A stretch of DNA of 64,000 nucleotides from Alphaproteobacteria bacterium (GCA_965228895.1 OZ245842.1:2208001-2272000); one strand, 5' to 3'; numbered from the stretch's first letter, positions 11,845 through 24,175 are shown. Program-made: numbers and translations. The notes: generated by a model from the letters alone, not told the origin.

Positions 11845-12333
11845 ATGAACAAGCAGCCGGCCAAGGACATCAACCCACAGACGGGCGATACGATCGAAGC
11901 CATCGATGTCGAGCGGATCATGCAAATGATCCCGCACCGCTATCCGTTTTTGATGATCGACAGGGTCGTCGAGATCATTCCCAATGTAAGCGCCATCGGC
12001 GTCAAGAACGTCTCGATCAACGAGCCGCAGTTCCAAGGACATTTCCCCAGCCACCCTGTGATGCCGGGTGTCTTGATCATCGAAGCCATGGCGCAGTCCG
12101 CAGCGGTGCTGGTGGTTCAGACTCTCGGTAAAGACTTCGAAGGCAAGCTGGTCTATTTCATGTCGGTTGATTCCGCGCGCTTCCGCAAACCGGTCATTCC
12201 CGGCAACGTCATGTATGTTCACGTGTCGAAGAAGCGCAACCGTGGCCCGGTCTGGAAGTTTGAGGCCGAGGCGAAGGTCGACGACGTGGTGGTAGCGGAT
12301 GCGACCTATTCTGCGATGATTCTGGATAGCTGA
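11845..12333 (+). CDS. fabZ: 3-hydroxyacyl-ACP dehydratase
   Basis: IPHRYPFLMIDRV, FQGHFP, MPGVLIIEAMAQ. Confidence 0.98.
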   Translation: MNKQPAKDINPQTGDTIEAIDVERIMQMIPHRYPFLMIDRVVEIIPNVSAIGVKNVSINEPQFQGHFPSHPVMPGVLIIEAMAQSAAVLVVQTLGKDFEGKLVYFMSVDSARFRKPVIPGNVMYVHVSKKRNRGPVWKFEAEAKVDDVVVADATYSAMILDS

Positions 12334-12338
12334 CGACC

Positions 12339-13139
12339 ATGGCGTCCATTCATCCGACCGCGGAGGTCGATGCTAAAGCACAACTGGGTGACGACGTCGC
12401 CGTCGGGGCTTACTGCGTCATCGGGCCCGATGTTGTCCTTGGCGACGGCGTCATGTTGGAAGCCCATGTGGTGATCGGCGGCGACACCGCGATTGGTGCG
12501 CGCACGCATATCTTTCCGTTTGCCTCCATCGGCCTGAAGCCCCAGGACCTGAAGTACCGCGGTGAAGCCTCAAAACTCGTCATCGGCGCGGACAATCAAA
12601 TCCGCGAGCACGTGACGATGAACCCGGGCACCGCAGGTGGCGGCGCCGTGACGCGCGTGGGCGACGGCTGCCTTTTTATGGTCGGCGCGCACGTTGCTCA
12701 TGACTGCCAGATCGGTAACAGCGTGATCATGGCCAACAACGCCACGCTGGGCGGCCATGTCGTGATCGAGGACTTCGCCATCATCGGTGGGCTGGCGGCG
12801 ATCCATCAGTTCGTTCGTATTGGCCGTCATGCCATGGTCGGCGGCATGTCGGGGGTTGAGCAGGACGTCATCCCCTTCGGCTCGGTCATGGGCGACCGAG
12901 CCCATTTGAGCGGGCTTAACCTGGTTGGTCTGAAGCGGCACGACTTCACCCGCGACGACATTCACGCCTTGCGCACCGCCTACCGCTTGTTGTTTGCCGA
13001 TGAAGGCACAATGGCTGAACGTTTGGACGACGTTGAGGATGTCTTGGGCACATCGTCAGCGGTCCGCCAGATTGTCGACTTCATGAAACTGCAGAGCCAG
13101 CGCGGCGTGTGTCAGCCGCGAGACGGGCATGCCGCCTAA
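12339..13139 (+). CDS. lpxA: UDP-N-acetylglucosamine O-acyltransferase
   Basis: IHPTA, PQDLKY, HVAHDC, HQFVRIG. Confidence 0.98.
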   Translation: MASIHPTAEVDAKAQLGDDVAVGAYCVIGPDVVLGDGVMLEAHVVIGGDTAIGARTHIFPFASIGLKPQDLKYRGEASKLVIGADNQIREHVTMNPGTAGGGAVTRVGDGCLFMVGAHVAHDCQIGNSVIMANNATLGGHVVIEDFAIIGGLAAIHQFVRIGRHAMVGGMSGVEQDVIPFGSVMGDRAHLSGLNLVGLKRHDFTRDDIHALRTAYRLLFADEGTMAERLDDVEDVLGTSSAVRQIVDFMKLQSQRGVCQPRDGHAA

Positions 13140-13953
13140 ACTCGGAATCGTGGCCGGTGGCGGCACGCTGCCGGCACATCTCGCGCGGGCGTGCCAGCAA
13201 GCCGGGCGCGAGGTCTTTATCGTCGCGTTGAAAGGCCATGCCGATCCAGACGCCATCAGCCATCTGCCGCATGCCTGGGTGCGTCTAGGCGGTGCCGGCA
13301 AAGCCATTGAGCTGTTGCGTCAACACGATGTCGAGGAAATCGTCCTGGCCGGTGACGTCAGGCGGCCGTCCTTGGCTGAGCTGAAACCGGACCTCAGGAC
13401 AGTGCGGTTCGCCGCCAAGGGTTTCTTTAAGCAGGGCGACGACGGCCTGCTCGGCGCCGTGGTCAAGGCTTTGGAGGACGAGGAGGGGTTCCGCGTTCTC
13501 GGCGTGCAAGAGCTTATGGGCGGACTGTTGGCTCGCGAGGGTGATCTTGGCCGGATGTCTCCGAACGAGCGCGATCTCGCCGATATTGCCCGTGGAGTCG
13601 CCATTCTCGATAGTCTGGCTGGCGGCGATGTCGGTCAGGCAGTTGTCGTTCAAGACGGCATTGTGCTTGGCATCGAAGCCGTCGAGGGCACCGATGGCCT
13701 CATCGCGCGTTGTGGCGTGTTGCGGCGCGATGCGCGCGGCCCGGTTCTCGTCAAACTGCCAAAGCGCGGCCAGGAACAGCGGATCGACATGCCGACGATC
13801 GGCCCCCGAACGGTCGAGGCGATGCTGGAAGCGGAGTTTGTCGGTCTCGCGGTGGCGGCTGGCGAGACCCTTATCGTCGATGCGGACGAGGTTATCGACA
13901 AGGCGGACGAAGGCGGTTTGTTTCTGTATGGCCTGTCACGCGGCGCGGCCTGA
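13129..13953 (+). CDS. lpxI: UDP-2,3-diacylglucosamine diphosphatase LpxI
   Basis: GIVAGGGTLP, DVGQAVVV, EAVEGTD, DMPTIGPRT; between lpxA and lpxB. Confidence 0.93.
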   Translation: MPPKLGIVAGGGTLPAHLARACQQAGREVFIVALKGHADPDAISHLPHAWVRLGGAGKAIELLRQHDVEEIVLAGDVRRPSLAELKPDLRTVRFAAKGFFKQGDDGLLGAVVKALEDEEGFRVLGVQELMGGLLAREGDLGRMSPNERDLADIARGVAILDSLAGGDVGQAVVVQDGIVLGIEAVEGTDGLIARCGVLRRDARGPVLVKLPKRGQEQRIDMPTIGPRTVEAMLEAEFVGLAVAAGETLIVDADEVIDKADEGGLFLYGLSRGAA

Positions 13954-13962
13954 ATCCACGCC

Positions 13963-15123
13963 ATGGAACCGCTCGTCTATCTGATCGCCGGCGAGCCGTC
14001 CGGCGATGTGCTGGGCGCTCGCCTGATCGAGGGTTTGCGTGAGCTGACCGATGGCAAAGTCCGCATTGCCGGCATCGGCGGCCCGTTGATGGAGGCGGAA
14101 GGTCTCGACAGCCTGTTTCCGATCGACGCGCTCAGCATCATGGGCATCGCGGAAATCGTGCCGAGTCTTCCCAAAGTCATGGGGCTCATTCGCCGCACAG
14201 CCGCCGACATCAAGCAGCGCCGGCCCGATGTCGTTGTCGCGATCGACTCAAAGACATTCTGTTACTGGGTGGCGCGAAAATTGAAACCGGCGCCGTGTCC
14301 GCTCGTCCAGTATGTCGCGCCGACGGTATGGGCCTGGAGGCCGTGGCGTGCCAAACAACTGGCGAGGCTGTTCGACCGCGTGCTCATGCTGTTCCCGTTT
14401 GAAAAACCCTACTTCGATAACGTGGGGCTCGACGCCGTTTTTGTTGGTCATCCCGCTGCGACACTGGCGATTGAGTCCGAGGCGGGCCAAGTCTTTCGTG
14501 GCCAGCATGACATCGGCGCCGAAACCAAGGTTGTCTGTTTGTTGCCGGGCAGCCGGCGAGGCGAGGTGACCAGATTGCTCCCCGTGTTTGAGAAGACAGT
14601 CGGGCTGCTGGCTGAGAGCCATCCAGGTGTACGTTTTCTCATGCCAACGGTCCCGCATCTCGCTGAGATGGTGCGTCAGACAGTCAGTACATGGCCGCAG
14701 CCCGTGACCATTCTGGTTGGCGACGAACACCAGAAACGTGGCGCCTACGCGGCCAGTGACGTTGCGCTGGCGGCGTCCGGCACCGTCGCTCTGGAGCTCG
14801 CTGCGGCTGGCCTGCCGGGCGTCATCGCGTACCGGGTTCATCCGCTGACCGCGATGATCGTCAGGCGAGTCGTCCGCGTGCCGTATGCCGCGCTCGTCAA
14901 CATAATCGAGGGGCGCGAGGTCATGCCCGAGTTTCTTCAAGAATACTGCGATCCCGTGGACCTAGCCGAGACCATTGGCAGGCTTCTGGACGATGCTTCC
15001 CTGCGGGATGATCAACGGATCGCTATGGCGCATGTCATGGAACAGCTGGGCAAGGGCGGCGAGCCGCCACACTTGCGGGCGGCCCGCGCGGTCCTGGATC
15101 TGTTGCCGTCGGACGTCCGCTAG
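13963..15123 (+). CDS. lpxB: Lipid-A-disaccharide synthase
   Basis: AGEPSGD, YVAPTVWAWR, LLPGSR, ASGTVALE. Confidence 0.97.
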   Translation: MEPLVYLIAGEPSGDVLGARLIEGLRELTDGKVRIAGIGGPLMEAEGLDSLFPIDALSIMGIAEIVPSLPKVMGLIRRTAADIKQRRPDVVVAIDSKTFCYWVARKLKPAPCPLVQYVAPTVWAWRPWRAKQLARLFDRVLMLFPFEKPYFDNVGLDAVFVGHPAATLAIESEAGQVFRGQHDIGAETKVVCLLPGSRRGEVTRLLPVFEKTVGLLAESHPGVRFLMPTVPHLAEMVRQTVSTWPQPVTILVGDEHQKRGAYAASDVALAASGTVALELAAAGLPGVIAYRVHPLTAMIVRRVVRVPYAALVNIIEGREVMPEFLQEYCDPVDLAETIGRLLDDASLRDDQRIAMAHVMEQLGKGGEPPHLRAARAVLDLLPSDVR

Positions 15124-15124
15124 A

Positions 15125-15544
15125 CTACCACTCGCCGGTGTTTTCCATCGATGCCCAGGGTTCCTGGGGCGCCAACGAGTCACCCTTTTGCAGGAGCTCG
15201 ATCGAGATGTTGTCGGGTGAACGGATGAAGGCCATGTGGCCGTCGCGCGGCGGACGGTTGATGGTAACCCCGGCATCCATCAGCTTCTGGCAGACGCCAT
15301 AGATGTCGTCGACCTCATAGGCCAGATGGCCAAAATTCCGGCCGCCATCATAAGCCTCGGGATCCCAGTTATAGGTCAGCTCGACCTGGGCATCCTCATT
15401 CTCATCAGCGCCTAGAAAGACCAGAGTGAAACGGCCCTTCTCGTTCTCGTAGCGGTCGATTTCGCGCAGGCCCAGCTTGTTGCAATAGAAATCGAGCGAC
15501 TGGTCGAGATCGGTGACGCGAACCATGGTGTGGAGGTAACGCAT
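15125..15544 (-). CDS. gloA: Lactoylglutathione lyase (glyoxalase I)
   Basis: [26 protein letters not shown]; SD AAGGA. Confidence 0.93.
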   Translation of the reverse strand: MRYLHTMVRVTDLDQSLDFYCNKLGLREIDRYENEKGRFTLVFLGADENEDAQVELTYNWDPEAYDGGRNFGHLAYEVDDIYGVCQKLMDAGVTINRPPRDGHMAFIRSPDNISIELLQKGDSLAPQEPWASMENTGEW

Positions 15545-15558
15545 ACGATTCCTTTCGG

Positions 15559-15750
15559 TCAGATAAGAAAGGCAGCCAGAATGACCAAGGCCAGAAGAAC
15601 AATGACGGCCATCGACGTCAGGCGGCCGATCGACGAGGACGTCGGCCGGCGATTGTCATTGGCTGCCGGTGCGACGCGCATGAGCCGCCGCGTTGCGCGG
15701 TCCGGCGTGCGGTACGCTTCGTTTTGCCGTTGTATCGGCTTGGGCGACAT
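15559..15750 (-). CDS. Small hypothetical membrane protein (63 aa, AANDN motif, C-terminal TM helix)
   Basis: Fills the gltA-gloA gap on the same strand; ATG 9 nt after the gltA stop; hydrophobic C-terminus. Confidence 0.6.
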   Translation of the reverse strand: MSPKPIQRQNEAYRTPDRATRRLMRVAPAANDNRRPTSSSIGRLTSMAVIVLLALVILAAFLI

Positions 15751-15759
15751 CGGCGGCTA

Positions 15760-17100
15760 TCAGCTCCGTTGGTCGACAGGCACGTAGTCACGCCGCGCCG
15801 GGCCGGTATAGATCTGGCGCGGGCGCCCGATCTTCTGCGACGGATCCTCGATCATCTCGCTCCACTGGGCGATCCAGCCGACCGTCCGGGCGACCGCAAA
15901 AACGGCAGTGAACAGGCGCCTGGGGATGCCCATGGCACGCAGAATGATGCCCGAATAGAAATCGACATTAGGATAGAGATTGCGCTCGACGAAGTAGTCG
16001 TCCTGCAGAGCGATCTTTTCCAGTTCCAACGCGATCTTCAGCAGCGGCTCGTCGTGAACACCGAGCTCGTCGAGCACCTCGTGGCAGGTCTCGCGCATGA
16101 TCTTGGCGCGCGGGTCATAGTTCTTATAGACGCGGTGGCCGAAGCCCATCAGCCGGAACGGGTCATCCTTGTCCTTGGCCCGTTCGATGAATTCGGGGAT
16201 ACGATCGAAGCTATCGATTTCCTCGAGCATCTTCAGCACCGCCTCGTTGGCGCCGCCATGGGCGGGGCCCCACAGGCTCGCGACACCCGCCGCCGTACAG
16301 GCGAACGGATTGGCACCCGATGAGCCGGCCAGACGCACGGTCGAGGTCGAAGCGTTCTGCTCATGGTCGGCGTGCAGGATCAAGATCAGGTCCATCGCCT
16401 TGGCCAGGATCGGGTTGACCCTGTAGGGCTCGCACGGCACCGCAAACATCATATGCAGGAAGTTCTCGGCGTAGTTCAGGTCGTTGCGCGGATAGATGAA
16501 CGGTTGGCCAATCGAGAACTTGTAAGCCATGGCCGCGATCGTCGGCATCTTGGCGATCAGGCGATAGGACGCGACCATGCGCTGATAGGGATCCTCGATA
16601 TCGCTGCTGTCGTGATAGAACGCCGAGAGCGCGCCGACCACACCGACCATGACCGCCATGGGGTGCGCATCACGCCTGAATCCACGGAAGAACAGGTTGA
16701 CCTGTTCGTGCACCATGGTGTGGTAGGTTACGTCGTTGCTGAACTTCGCGCTCTGGGCCGCATCGGGCAATTCGCCATAGAGCAGGAGGTAGCAGACCTC
16801 CAGGAAATCCGCGTTCTCAGCCAATTGCTCGATCGGATAGCCGCGATACAGCAATTCACCCTTGTCGCCGTCAATAAAAGTGATGCGCGACTCGCAACTG
16901 GCGGTTGACGTGTAGCCGGGGTCGTACGTGAACATGCCGGTACCGCCATAGAGCGTCCGGATGTCGATTACATCGGGTCCGATCGTTCCCGACAGCACGG
17001 GCAGCTCAATCGGTTCTCCGTTGGATCCCACCTCGGAGAGCGTTACGGAATGTTTCTGCTCAGGACCATTTGGGGTCGCGCCAGCATCGGTCTGCGTCAT
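15760..17100 (-). CDS. gltA: Citrate synthase (type II)
   Basis: [42 protein letters not shown]; ATG 17100 with AAGGAG SD. Confidence 0.99.
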   Translation of the reverse strand: MTQTDAGATPNGPEQKHSVTLSEVGSNGEPIELPVLSGTIGPDVIDIRTLYGGTGMFTYDPGYTSTASCESRITFIDGDKGELLYRGYPIEQLAENADFLEVCYLLLYGELPDAAQSAKFSNDVTYHTMVHEQVNLFFRGFRRDAHPMAVMVGVVGALSAFYHDSSDIEDPYQRMVASYRLIAKMPTIAAMAYKFSIGQPFIYPRNDLNYAENFLHMMFAVPCEPYRVNPILAKAMDLILILHADHEQNASTSTVRLAGSSGANPFACTAAGVASLWGPAHGGANEAVLKMLEEIDSFDRIPEFIERAKDKDDPFRLMGFGHRVYKNYDPRAKIMRETCHEVLDELGVHDEPLLKIALELEKIALQDDYFVERNLYPNVDFYSGIILRAMGIPRRLFTAVFAVARTVGWIAQWSEMIEDPSQKIGRPRQIYTGPARRDYVPVDQRS

Positions 17101-17237
17101 GCAACGCTCCTTTGTCGCGGCAGGATGTGGAAAGCCGAAGGGCCAACATGGCGCGGCCCTTCGTTCTCCCACCAATCTAGTCGTTATAGCCCACCGGGGC
17201 AAATATCAGGCGATGAATTTGCCGTCACGAAGCGCGG

Positions 17238-18638
17238 TCATGGCCATGCATCGCGCAGACGCGCCAGACACTCCTCGCGGCCAAAAATCGCCAAGACATC
17301 AAACACCGGCGGTGACACCGACCGGCCTGTTAGAGCAGCCCTTAGCGGCTGCGCTACTTTGCCCAGGCCCAGCTCGTTTTCCTCGGCAAACTGCCGCACC
17401 AGGGCCTCTAGATCGGTCGTCTGCCAGGAGGTCGTACCGGCCAATGCCTCGATCAGACCAGCCATCAAATCCGGGTCGGCCCCGGCCAAGGCCTTGGCGG
17501 CCTTCGGCTCGATCTCGATGGGGCGTGATTGGAAGAAAAAGAGCGCGTTATCAGCAAGTTCCACGAGGGTCTTCACGCGTTCTTGTAAGGACGGGACAAC
17601 CGCTACCAAACGTTCTTGCGCGGCGCTATCCAGACCGTGGCCCAAGCGCTGTTCGATCATCGGTTGGACAAGACCGGCGAGATGCTGCGGTTCAGACGCC
17701 TTGATGTAGTGAAGGTTGAGTGATGTCAGTTTGGCGAGATCAAAACGGGCCGGCGAACGGCCGATTCCGTCCAAGTCGAACCAAGCGACCGCTTGTTCGG
17801 TGGAAATGATCTCGTCATCGCCGTGTGACCAGCCAAGCCGCAACAAATAGTTGCATAGCGCCTCGGGTAGAAAACCCTCGTCACGGTAGGATTCGGCGCC
17901 CAGCGCGCCGTGGCGTTTGGAGAGTTTGGCGCCGTCCGGGCCATGGATCAGCGGCACATGGGCAAACTCCGGTACCGGCCAGTCCATGGCCTGATAGATC
18001 TGCGTCTGGCGCGCCGCGTTGGTCAGATGGTCGTCGCCGCGCACAATATGGGTGATGCCGCTGTCATGATCATCGACCACGACCGCGAGCATGTAGGTCG
18101 GCGTGCCGTTAGCACGCAACAGGACCATATCGTCGAGCTGCTGATTGGCGACGCGGACTTCGCCCTGGACGTGGTCGCGAATGACGGTTTCGCCGTCGCG
18201 CGGCGCTTTGAGCCTGACGACCGGGTCAACGCCGGCCGGTGCCTCGGCGGGATCGCGGTTCCGCCACCGCCCGTCGTAAATCGGTGGCCGACCCTCGGCG
18301 CGGGCCTTCTCTCGCATCTCGGTCAATTCTTCCGGGCTGGCGTAGCACAGATAGGCGTGACCAGCGTCCACCATCGCGCGCGCGACCTCGGTATGCCGTT
18401 CCCGACGGTGCGACTGGAAAATCGGCTCCTCGTCCCAATCGAGGCCGAGCCAGGACAAACTATCGAAAATTGCCGCAATGGCGGCTTCGGTCGAACGTTC
18501 ACGGTCGGTGTCTTCGATTCTGAGCAGGAACCGGCCGTTGTTGTGGCGGGCAAAAAGCCAGTTGAAGAGCGCCGTTCGGGCGCCGCCGATATGCAGAAAC
18601 CCGGTCGGCGAGGGGGCGAAACGTGTAACCACGGACAT
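17238..18638 (-). CDS. gltX: Glutamate--tRNA ligase
   Basis: [25 protein letters not shown]. Confidence 0.98.
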   Translation of the reverse strand: MSVVTRFAPSPTGFLHIGGARTALFNWLFARHNNGRFLLRIEDTDRERSTEAAIAAIFDSLSWLGLDWDEEPIFQSHRRERHTEVARAMVDAGHAYLCYASPEELTEMREKARAEGRPPIYDGRWRNRDPAEAPAGVDPVVRLKAPRDGETVIRDHVQGEVRVANQQLDDMVLLRANGTPTYMLAVVVDDHDSGITHIVRGDDHLTNAARQTQIYQAMDWPVPEFAHVPLIHGPDGAKLSKRHGALGAESYRDEGFLPEALCNYLLRLGWSHGDDEIISTEQAVAWFDLDGIGRSPARFDLAKLTSLNLHYIKASEPQHLAGLVQPMIEQRLGHGLDSAAQERLVAVVPSLQERVKTLVELADNALFFFQSRPIEIEPKAAKALAGADPDLMAGLIEALAGTTSWQTTDLEALVRQFAEENELGLGKVAQPLRAALTGRSVSPPVFDVLAIFGREECLARLRDAWP

Positions 18639-18756
18639 GGCGGATGACCTGTTGGGAGCGTTGGGGCGCCTGTGTAGCAATCCCCCGGCGAGAACCCAAG
18701 GCTCCAGAGGCCGCACAAGCCCTTCCTGCAGCCACGCCGTGCGCTAAGATGGCATC

Positions 18757-20868
18757 ATGCACGCGTTAGGGGGCCTTGGATCCCGGCTTGGCCGGTCGCT
18801 CGCCGGTGAACGGGATCGCTGGATTCTGTGGGCGCCGGTCGCCGTGCTGTCGGGCATTCTCGTCTATTTCTGGCTGCAGGCCGAACCGTGGCCCTGGCTT
18901 GGGCTCAGCGTCCTCGTCGTGGCTGCGGTCGCTTGTCTTGCCATCAAGGTCGGTGTCTTGAGGATGCTTGCCCTGGGCGTCGCTCTGGCGGCGTCAGGTT
19001 TCGCTGTGGCGCAACTCTCCACCCATCTAGTCATGGCACCGGTGCTGCTCGATGAGATCGGACCCAGGCCGGTGTCTGGTGTGATCGAAGCCGTGGAAAC
19101 CGGCAAGTCGGGGACCCGCATCGTTCTGTCGGCGGTCACGATTGCCGGATTGGACCCGGCGGCAACACCTGCGCGTGTGCGCATTGTTGTCAGGACCTAC
19201 GGCGACCAGCCGGTGCCGGGGCTGGGCGCCAGTATCCTGGCGGTTCTGAAGCCGCCTTCGCCGCCGACCTGGCCCGGCGGGTTCGATTTTGCGCGCCGGG
19301 CTTTCTTTCAGGGCATTGGCGGGATTGGTTATGCGGTCGGACCGCTGCGCCTGGAGGATACGAGCAGCAATACCGGTGGCTGGCGTATATGGGTCGAAGG
19401 CATCCGCCAAAACGTGACAGACCGCATCCTCGCCGCGCTGGAGCCGCCGACGGGCGCGGTCGCGGCGGCTTTGTTGACCGGTCAGCGCTACGCGGTGCCA
19501 GAAGCGACCTACGACACCATTCGCAGTGCCGGGCTGGCGCACCTCCTGGCGATCTCCGGCCTGCATCTGGGGTTGGTGGCGGCAGCACTTTTTGTCAGTT
19601 TTCGCGCTGTTGTGGCCCTGATTGAGCCTGTCGCGCTCCGGTATCCGATCAAGAAATGGGCGGCTGTTTTCGCGCTTGTCGGCACGTTCGGTTACCTGCT
19701 GTTGTCCGGCGCCACGGTGCCGACCCAGCGCGCCTTCATCATGACGGCCATCGTGCTTGGCGCGATCATGATCGAGCGCGATCCGTTCTCCATGCGGCTG
19801 GTAGCAGTCGCGGCGCTCGTCGTCATGGTGATCGCGCCTGTCAGTGTGCTTGGCCCAAGCTTCCAGCTTTCGTTCGCCGCCGTCATCGCCTTGATCGCGG
19901 TTTACGAGGCCATTCGCATGCGGTGGCCGGCTTGGCGAGCGCGCCGGTCGATGGCGGGCCGCTTCGCGCTCTATGTCGCCGGCCTCTCGATCACCACGGT
20001 TATTGCCAACCTGGCGACAGCCGGCTTTGTGCTCGCGCATTTCAATCGGTGGGCTGTCTATGGTCTGGCCGCCAACCTGATCGCCGTGCCGATCACCGCC
20101 TTCTGGGTCATGCCCTGGGGCCTCCTGGCGCTTGCCTTGATGCCGCTCGGGCTCGAACAGCTCGCCTTGATTCCCATGGGCTGGGGCATCGACGCGGTAT
20201 TGCTGGTCGCCGGCTGGACGTCCGAGACGCCGGGCTCCGTGCTACGTCTGCCGTCGCCGCCATCCTGGCTGCCGGTCCTCATCGGCTTTGCGCTTGTTTG
20301 GTTATGCCTTTGGCGTAGCCGTTTGCGGGTTTGGGGGTTCGTACCGGTCGTTCTCGTGATAGCCATCTGGTCGGCAGCGCGCGGTCCCGACCTCTTGATC
20401 AGCGATAACGCCAGACTGATGGCCGCCAGAGATAGCGGCGGCACACTCGTCTTGTCGTCCTACCGGCGCGAGAGGTTTGTCGGCGAACAATGGCTTGCCA
20501 TGGCCGGGCAGGACCGGGGTCCGCCCTGGCCTGTGGCCGGCGAGGTCCTGTCAGATGGCAGCCTGCGATGCGACCGCCAGGGCTGTCTCTATCATCCGCT
20601 GGGCGAGCAGGGACCAGTCGTTGGGCTCGTCGAGGATGGCGCCATTCTCGAGGAAGACTGCGCGCGCACCGACTTTGTGGTCAGCCTTGTGCCCGCTGGC
20701 GGGCGCTGTGCGCCACCCTTGGGCGTTATCGATCGTTTCGATCTATGGCGCAGCGGCACCCATGCACTGTGGTTCGCCGAGGATGGCGTCACCATCGAGA
20801 CCGTCGCCCAAGCGCAAGGCCAACGACCGTGGGCCCACTGGCCGGAAGCGCGCGAGGAAACTCAGTAG
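18757..20868 (+). CDS. comEC: ComEC/Rec2 family competence protein
   Basis: [29 protein letters not shown]; usual gltX-comEC-lexA arrangement. Confidence 0.93.
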   Translation: MHALGGLGSRLGRSLAGERDRWILWAPVAVLSGILVYFWLQAEPWPWLGLSVLVVAAVACLAIKVGVLRMLALGVALAASGFAVAQLSTHLVMAPVLLDEIGPRPVSGVIEAVETGKSGTRIVLSAVTIAGLDPAATPARVRIVVRTYGDQPVPGLGASILAVLKPPSPPTWPGGFDFARRAFFQGIGGIGYAVGPLRLEDTSSNTGGWRIWVEGIRQNVTDRILAALEPPTGAVAAALLTGQRYAVPEATYDTIRSAGLAHLLAISGLHLGLVAAALFVSFRAVVALIEPVALRYPIKKWAAVFALVGTFGYLLLSGATVPTQRAFIMTAIVLGAIMIERDPFSMRLVAVAALVVMVIAPVSVLGPSFQLSFAAVIALIAVYEAIRMRWPAWRARRSMAGRFALYVAGLSITTVIANLATAGFVLAHFNRWAVYGLAANLIAVPITAFWVMPWGLLALALMPLGLEQLALIPMGWGIDAVLLVAGWTSETPGSVLRLPSPPSWLPVLIGFALVWLCLWRSRLRVWGFVPVVLVIAIWSAARGPDLLISDNARLMAARDSGGTLVLSSYRRERFVGEQWLAMAGQDRGPPWPVAGEVLSDGSLRCDRQGCLYHPLGEQGPVVGLVEDGAILEEDCARTDFVVSLVPAGGRCAPPLGVIDRFDLWRSGTHALWFAEDGVTIETVAQAQGQRPWAHWPEAREETQ

Positions 20869-21548
20869 GTGCGGACGAGCCCGACCAAACGCCCCTGTAC
20901 CTTGACTCGGTCGGGGCCGAAGATCCGGGTTTCATAGGCGTGGTTCGCCGGCTCTAGCGCAATTGAATCGCCCTTGCGGCGCAGCCGTTTGAGCGTCGCT
21001 TCGGCATCGTCGACCAGGGCGACGACGACGGTTCCGTTGTCGGCTGTCTCGCAGCGTTCGATGACCGCGATGTCGCCATCGAGAATGCCGGCTTCGACCA
21101 TCGAATCGCCTTCGATCTCAAGCGCGTAGCAGTCCCGGTTACCGACCAGGGAGCCGGGGATATCGACGCTGCGCGTGGGATCCGACAGCGCCTCGATCGG
21201 CGTACCGGCGGCAATCTTGCCGTGCAGCGGCAGATTGACGGCGCCTTCCAAGGCATGCGGCACCGTAAATTCCGGCGTCTTCGGTTTGGCGGACCCTTCG
21301 ATCACGCTCAACGAGGCGATGGCCTCTTCGTTGCCGGGCGGCAGCTTCAGAACTTCCAACGCTCGCGCACGATGGGGCAGGCGGCGGATGAAACCGCGCT
21401 CCTCCAAGGCCGTGATCAAACGGTGGATACCCGACTTGGATTTCAAGCCGACCGCGTCCTTCATCTCGTCAAACGACGGCGAGACACCGTCTTCGCCGAG
21501 CCTGCGGTTGATATAGAGAAGGAGTTCTTGCTGCTTGCGTGTCAACAT
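20862..21548 (-). CDS. lexA: SOS repressor LexA
   Basis: MLTRKQ, PSFDEMK, KIAAG cleavage site, GDSM, ATLKR. Confidence 0.98.
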   Translation of the reverse strand: MLTRKQQELLLYINRRLGEDGVSPSFDEMKDAVGLKSKSGIHRLITALEERGFIRRLPHRARALEVLKLPPGNEEAIASLSVIEGSAKPKTPEFTVPHALEGAVNLPLHGKIAAGTPIEALSDPTRSVDIPGSLVGNRDCYALEIEGDSMVEAGILDGDIAVIERCETADNGTVVVALVDDAEATLKRLRRKGDSIALEPANHAYETRIFGPDRVKVQGRLVGLVRTY

Positions 21549-21572
21549 TGTGTCTGCGCCCCACAATATTTA

Positions 21573-21626
21573 GAACAAATACCTAACATACACACAGGTT
21601 CTAGTTTGGTTCGCGTTTTGTGTCAA
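21573..21626 (-). promoter_or_regulatory. lexA promoter with alphaproteobacterial SOS boxes
   Basis: Perfect GTTC-N7-GTTC at 21598-21612 overlaps the -10 of a minus-strand TTGACA-17-TAGAAC promoter (21626-21598). Second degenerate box GAAC-N7-TAAC at 21573-21587. Confidence 0.85.
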
Positions 21627-21678
21627 GGCGCAAACATAGGTCCACCCAGGGAATCACGCAACGATTGTCGGTTTGTTC

Positions 21679-22872
21679 CTAGAGAAGGACGTAGCGAACG
21701 GGTTCGCCGGGCTCCGCCGCCGGGGCATGGGGCGGGCGCATGATCAGGCAATCGGACCCGGCGATCGTCGCCAGCATGGAGCTGTCCTGGACATCATAGG
21801 ACGTGACGATCCGGTGCCCGTTCTCGTCGCGCGACAGGCGTCCGCGCAGATAATCCTGACGCTCGTCGTTGGCGGCGAGCGGGGCGCCCAGCCGCGCCGT
21901 CTCGTAGGTTACCGTAGGATCGGTGACGCCCAGCATGGCGTCTATCGCCGGGCGCATGAAGAGCAGGCCGCAGACGATGGACGACACGGGATTGCCGGGG
22001 AAACCCAACATCGGCGTACCGTTAAGGTGGCCGAAGGTCAGCGGTTTGCCGGGGCGCATTGCGATCTTCCAGAAGTCGACGTCGAGGCCTTCGTCGCCCA
22101 AGACCTGACGCACCAAGTCACGTTCGCCAACCGACATGCCGCCGGTGACGACCAACAGATCGGCGTTGTCGGCGCCGGCCGCCATGCGTTTCAGTGACGT
22201 CTCGTTGTCGCGCGCTATGCCGAGGTTGATGGCTTCGCCACCTGCTTGGTCGATCATGGCCGCCAGCGCGATGGTGTTCGAGCTGACGATCTGATGATCG
22301 CCCGTCGGTTCCCCCGGCATGACAAGTTCGTCGCCGGTTCCCAGAATCGCGACACGCGGACGGCGTGTCACGGCGAGCCAGGGGATGTTCATCGACGCGA
22401 TCAAGGCGATGTGACGCGGTTCCAATCGTGTCCCGGCCGCCGGACCGTTGTCGCCTTCGTTGAAGTCGAGACCGCGCCGGCGCACGTAACGGCCACGCGC
22501 CACCGGTTCGTTGATCGTGACGTCGCTGTCCTTCGCGTCGGTCAATTCCTGGATGACGATGGTGTCGGCGCCCTGTGGCAATGGACCGCCCGTGAAGATG
22601 CGTACGGCCTCGCCAGCCTTGAGTTCCGCGCCATAGGCGCCACCGGCGGGCGCCATGCCGACGACCTTCAGAACGGCCGGTGCAGTTTCGACATCGCTGC
22701 CATTGACGGCATAACCATCCATGGCGGAGACGTCGGTCGGCGGTTTGGTCAGTCGCGCAACAGTGTCTTCGGCGAGCACACGTCCGTGCGCCTCACTGAT
22801 GGCAACCTGTTCGCCGGGTAAAACTTGAAACGCGGCGAGGATGCGCGCCAACGCCTCGTCGACCGGTATCAT
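21679..22872 (-). CDS. moeA: Molybdopterin molybdotransferase MoeA
   Basis: [33 protein letters not shown]. Confidence 0.97.
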   Translation of the reverse strand: MIPVDEALARILAAFQVLPGEQVAISEAHGRVLAEDTVARLTKPPTDVSAMDGYAVNGSDVETAPAVLKVVGMAPAGGAYGAELKAGEAVRIFTGGPLPQGADTIVIQELTDAKDSDVTINEPVARGRYVRRRGLDFNEGDNGPAAGTRLEPRHIALIASMNIPWLAVTRRPRVAILGTGDELVMPGEPTGDHQIVSSNTIALAAMIDQAGGEAINLGIARDNETSLKRMAAGADNADLLVVTGGMSVGERDLVRQVLGDEGLDVDFWKIAMRPGKPLTFGHLNGTPMLGFPGNPVSSIVCGLLFMRPAIDAMLGVTDPTVTYETARLGAPLAANDERQDYLRGRLSRDENGHRIVTSYDVQDSSMLATIAGSDCLIMRPPHAPAAEPGEPVRYVLL

Positions 22873-23351
22873 GCGGGTCGCGTAAACGTGCCGGACTTGC
22901 CGCCCGACTTGTGAGAAAGCCTGATGTCGCTGATCGTCATCGCGCGGTCGACAGCTTTAACCATGTCGTAGACCGTTAGCGCGGCAACAGACACGGCGGT
23001 CAGTGCTTCCATCTCAACGCCGGTACGCCCGGCCAGCTTGCATGTCGCTTGAATGTCGACGGTGTTGTCGTCGCGGTTGGGCGTCAAGTCGACCGTGACC
23101 GAGCTCAACGACAGCGGATGGCACAAGGGGATCAAGTCCGCCGTCTTCTTCGCCGCCATGATCCCCGCCAAACGCGCGACGGCGAGCACATCGCCTTTCT
23201 TGACGTCGCCGGAAACGATGAGCTCCAGTGTCGACGGCAACATGTGCACGCGCCCTTCGGCGACCGCGACACGTTCGGTCTCCGCCTTGCCCGAGACATC
23301 GACCATCTGCGCGCGGCCTTCAGCGTCGAAATGGGTGAGCTTGTCTGTCAT
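22869..23351 (-). CDS. moaC: Cyclic pyranopterin monophosphate synthase
   Basis: [27 protein letters not shown]. Confidence 0.98.
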   Translation of the reverse strand: MTDKLTHFDAEGRAQMVDVSGKAETERVAVAEGRVHMLPSTLELIVSGDVKKGDVLAVARLAGIMAAKKTADLIPLCHPLSLSSVTVDLTPNRDDNTVDIQATCKLAGRTGVEMEALTAVSVAALTVYDMVKAVDRAMTISDIRLSHKSGGKSGTFTRPA

Positions 23352-23352
23352 G

Positions 23353-24165
23353 TCACGCGGTCTCGCGTTGTGCGGCCCTGTCGCCGAGCAGGGTGGCGGT
23401 TGCGGCGGCGACGTCATTCTGGCGCATCAGATGTTCGCCGACCAGGAAGCGGCGCGCGCCGCATTGTGCCATGCGCACGAGGTCGTCGTGCCGCTTGAGC
23501 CCGCTCTCACAAACGATGTCCCAGTCATCGGGAACACGAGGCGCCAGGTCCTCAGTTGTGGCGAGGTCGACATTGAGCGTCTTGAGGTTGCGATTGTTGA
23601 TACCCAACAGGCCGGGCCCCAGGTCGAGCGCGCGGTCAAGCTCGTCGCCGTCATGCACCTCGATCAGAACGTCCAAATCCCACTGCTGTGCGGTCGCGTA
23701 GAGCTCTCGGGCCTGACCGTCGTCAAGCGCCGCCATGATCAGCAGAATGCAGTCGGCATGGATAGCTCGGGCTTCAACAATTTGATAAGGATCCAACATG
23801 AAGTCCTTGCGAAGACACGGTAAACCGCTCGCCGACTTCGCCATCCGCACATAGCTGTCATCGCCTTTGAAAAACGGCTGATCGGTCAGGACGGAAAGAC
23901 AGGAAGCCCCGCCGTCGCGGTACGCCATGGCCAGGGCGGCGGGGTCGAAATCGGGCCGGATCTCGCCGGCACTCGGCGAGGCGCGTTTGATTTCGGCGAT
24001 CAGCGCCAAACCGTTGCTCGCTTTGGCAGCGAGGGCCGCGGCAAAACCTAGAGGAGGGGCCACCTCCCGCGCCGCCGCTTCGACGTCGCCAAGCGGCTTT
24101 AGCGCCTTGCAGCGCGCGATATGCTCGAGCTTTTCGCCGCAGATTTTTTGAAGAACGTCCGACAT
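23353..24165 (-). CDS. trpC: Indole-3-glycerol phosphate synthase
   Basis: [28 protein letters not shown]. Confidence 0.98.
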   Translation of the reverse strand: MSDVLQKICGEKLEHIARCKALKPLGDVEAAAREVAPPLGFAAALAAKASNGLALIAEIKRASPSAGEIRPDFDPAALAMAYRDGGASCLSVLTDQPFFKGDDSYVRMAKSASGLPCLRKDFMLDPYQIVEARAIHADCILLIMAALDDGQARELYATAQQWDLDVLIEVHDGDELDRALDLGPGLLGINNRNLKTLNVDLATTEDLAPRVPDDWDIVCESGLKRHDDLVRMAQCGARRFLVGEHLMRQNDVAAATATLLGDRAAQRETA

Positions 24166-24175
24166 TGCCGCCGCC

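Noticed and set aside
18757-20868. ComEC without a clear C-terminal metallo-beta-lactamase motif
   Set aside because: Usual form and usual gltX-comEC-lexA context in Alphaproteobacteria.
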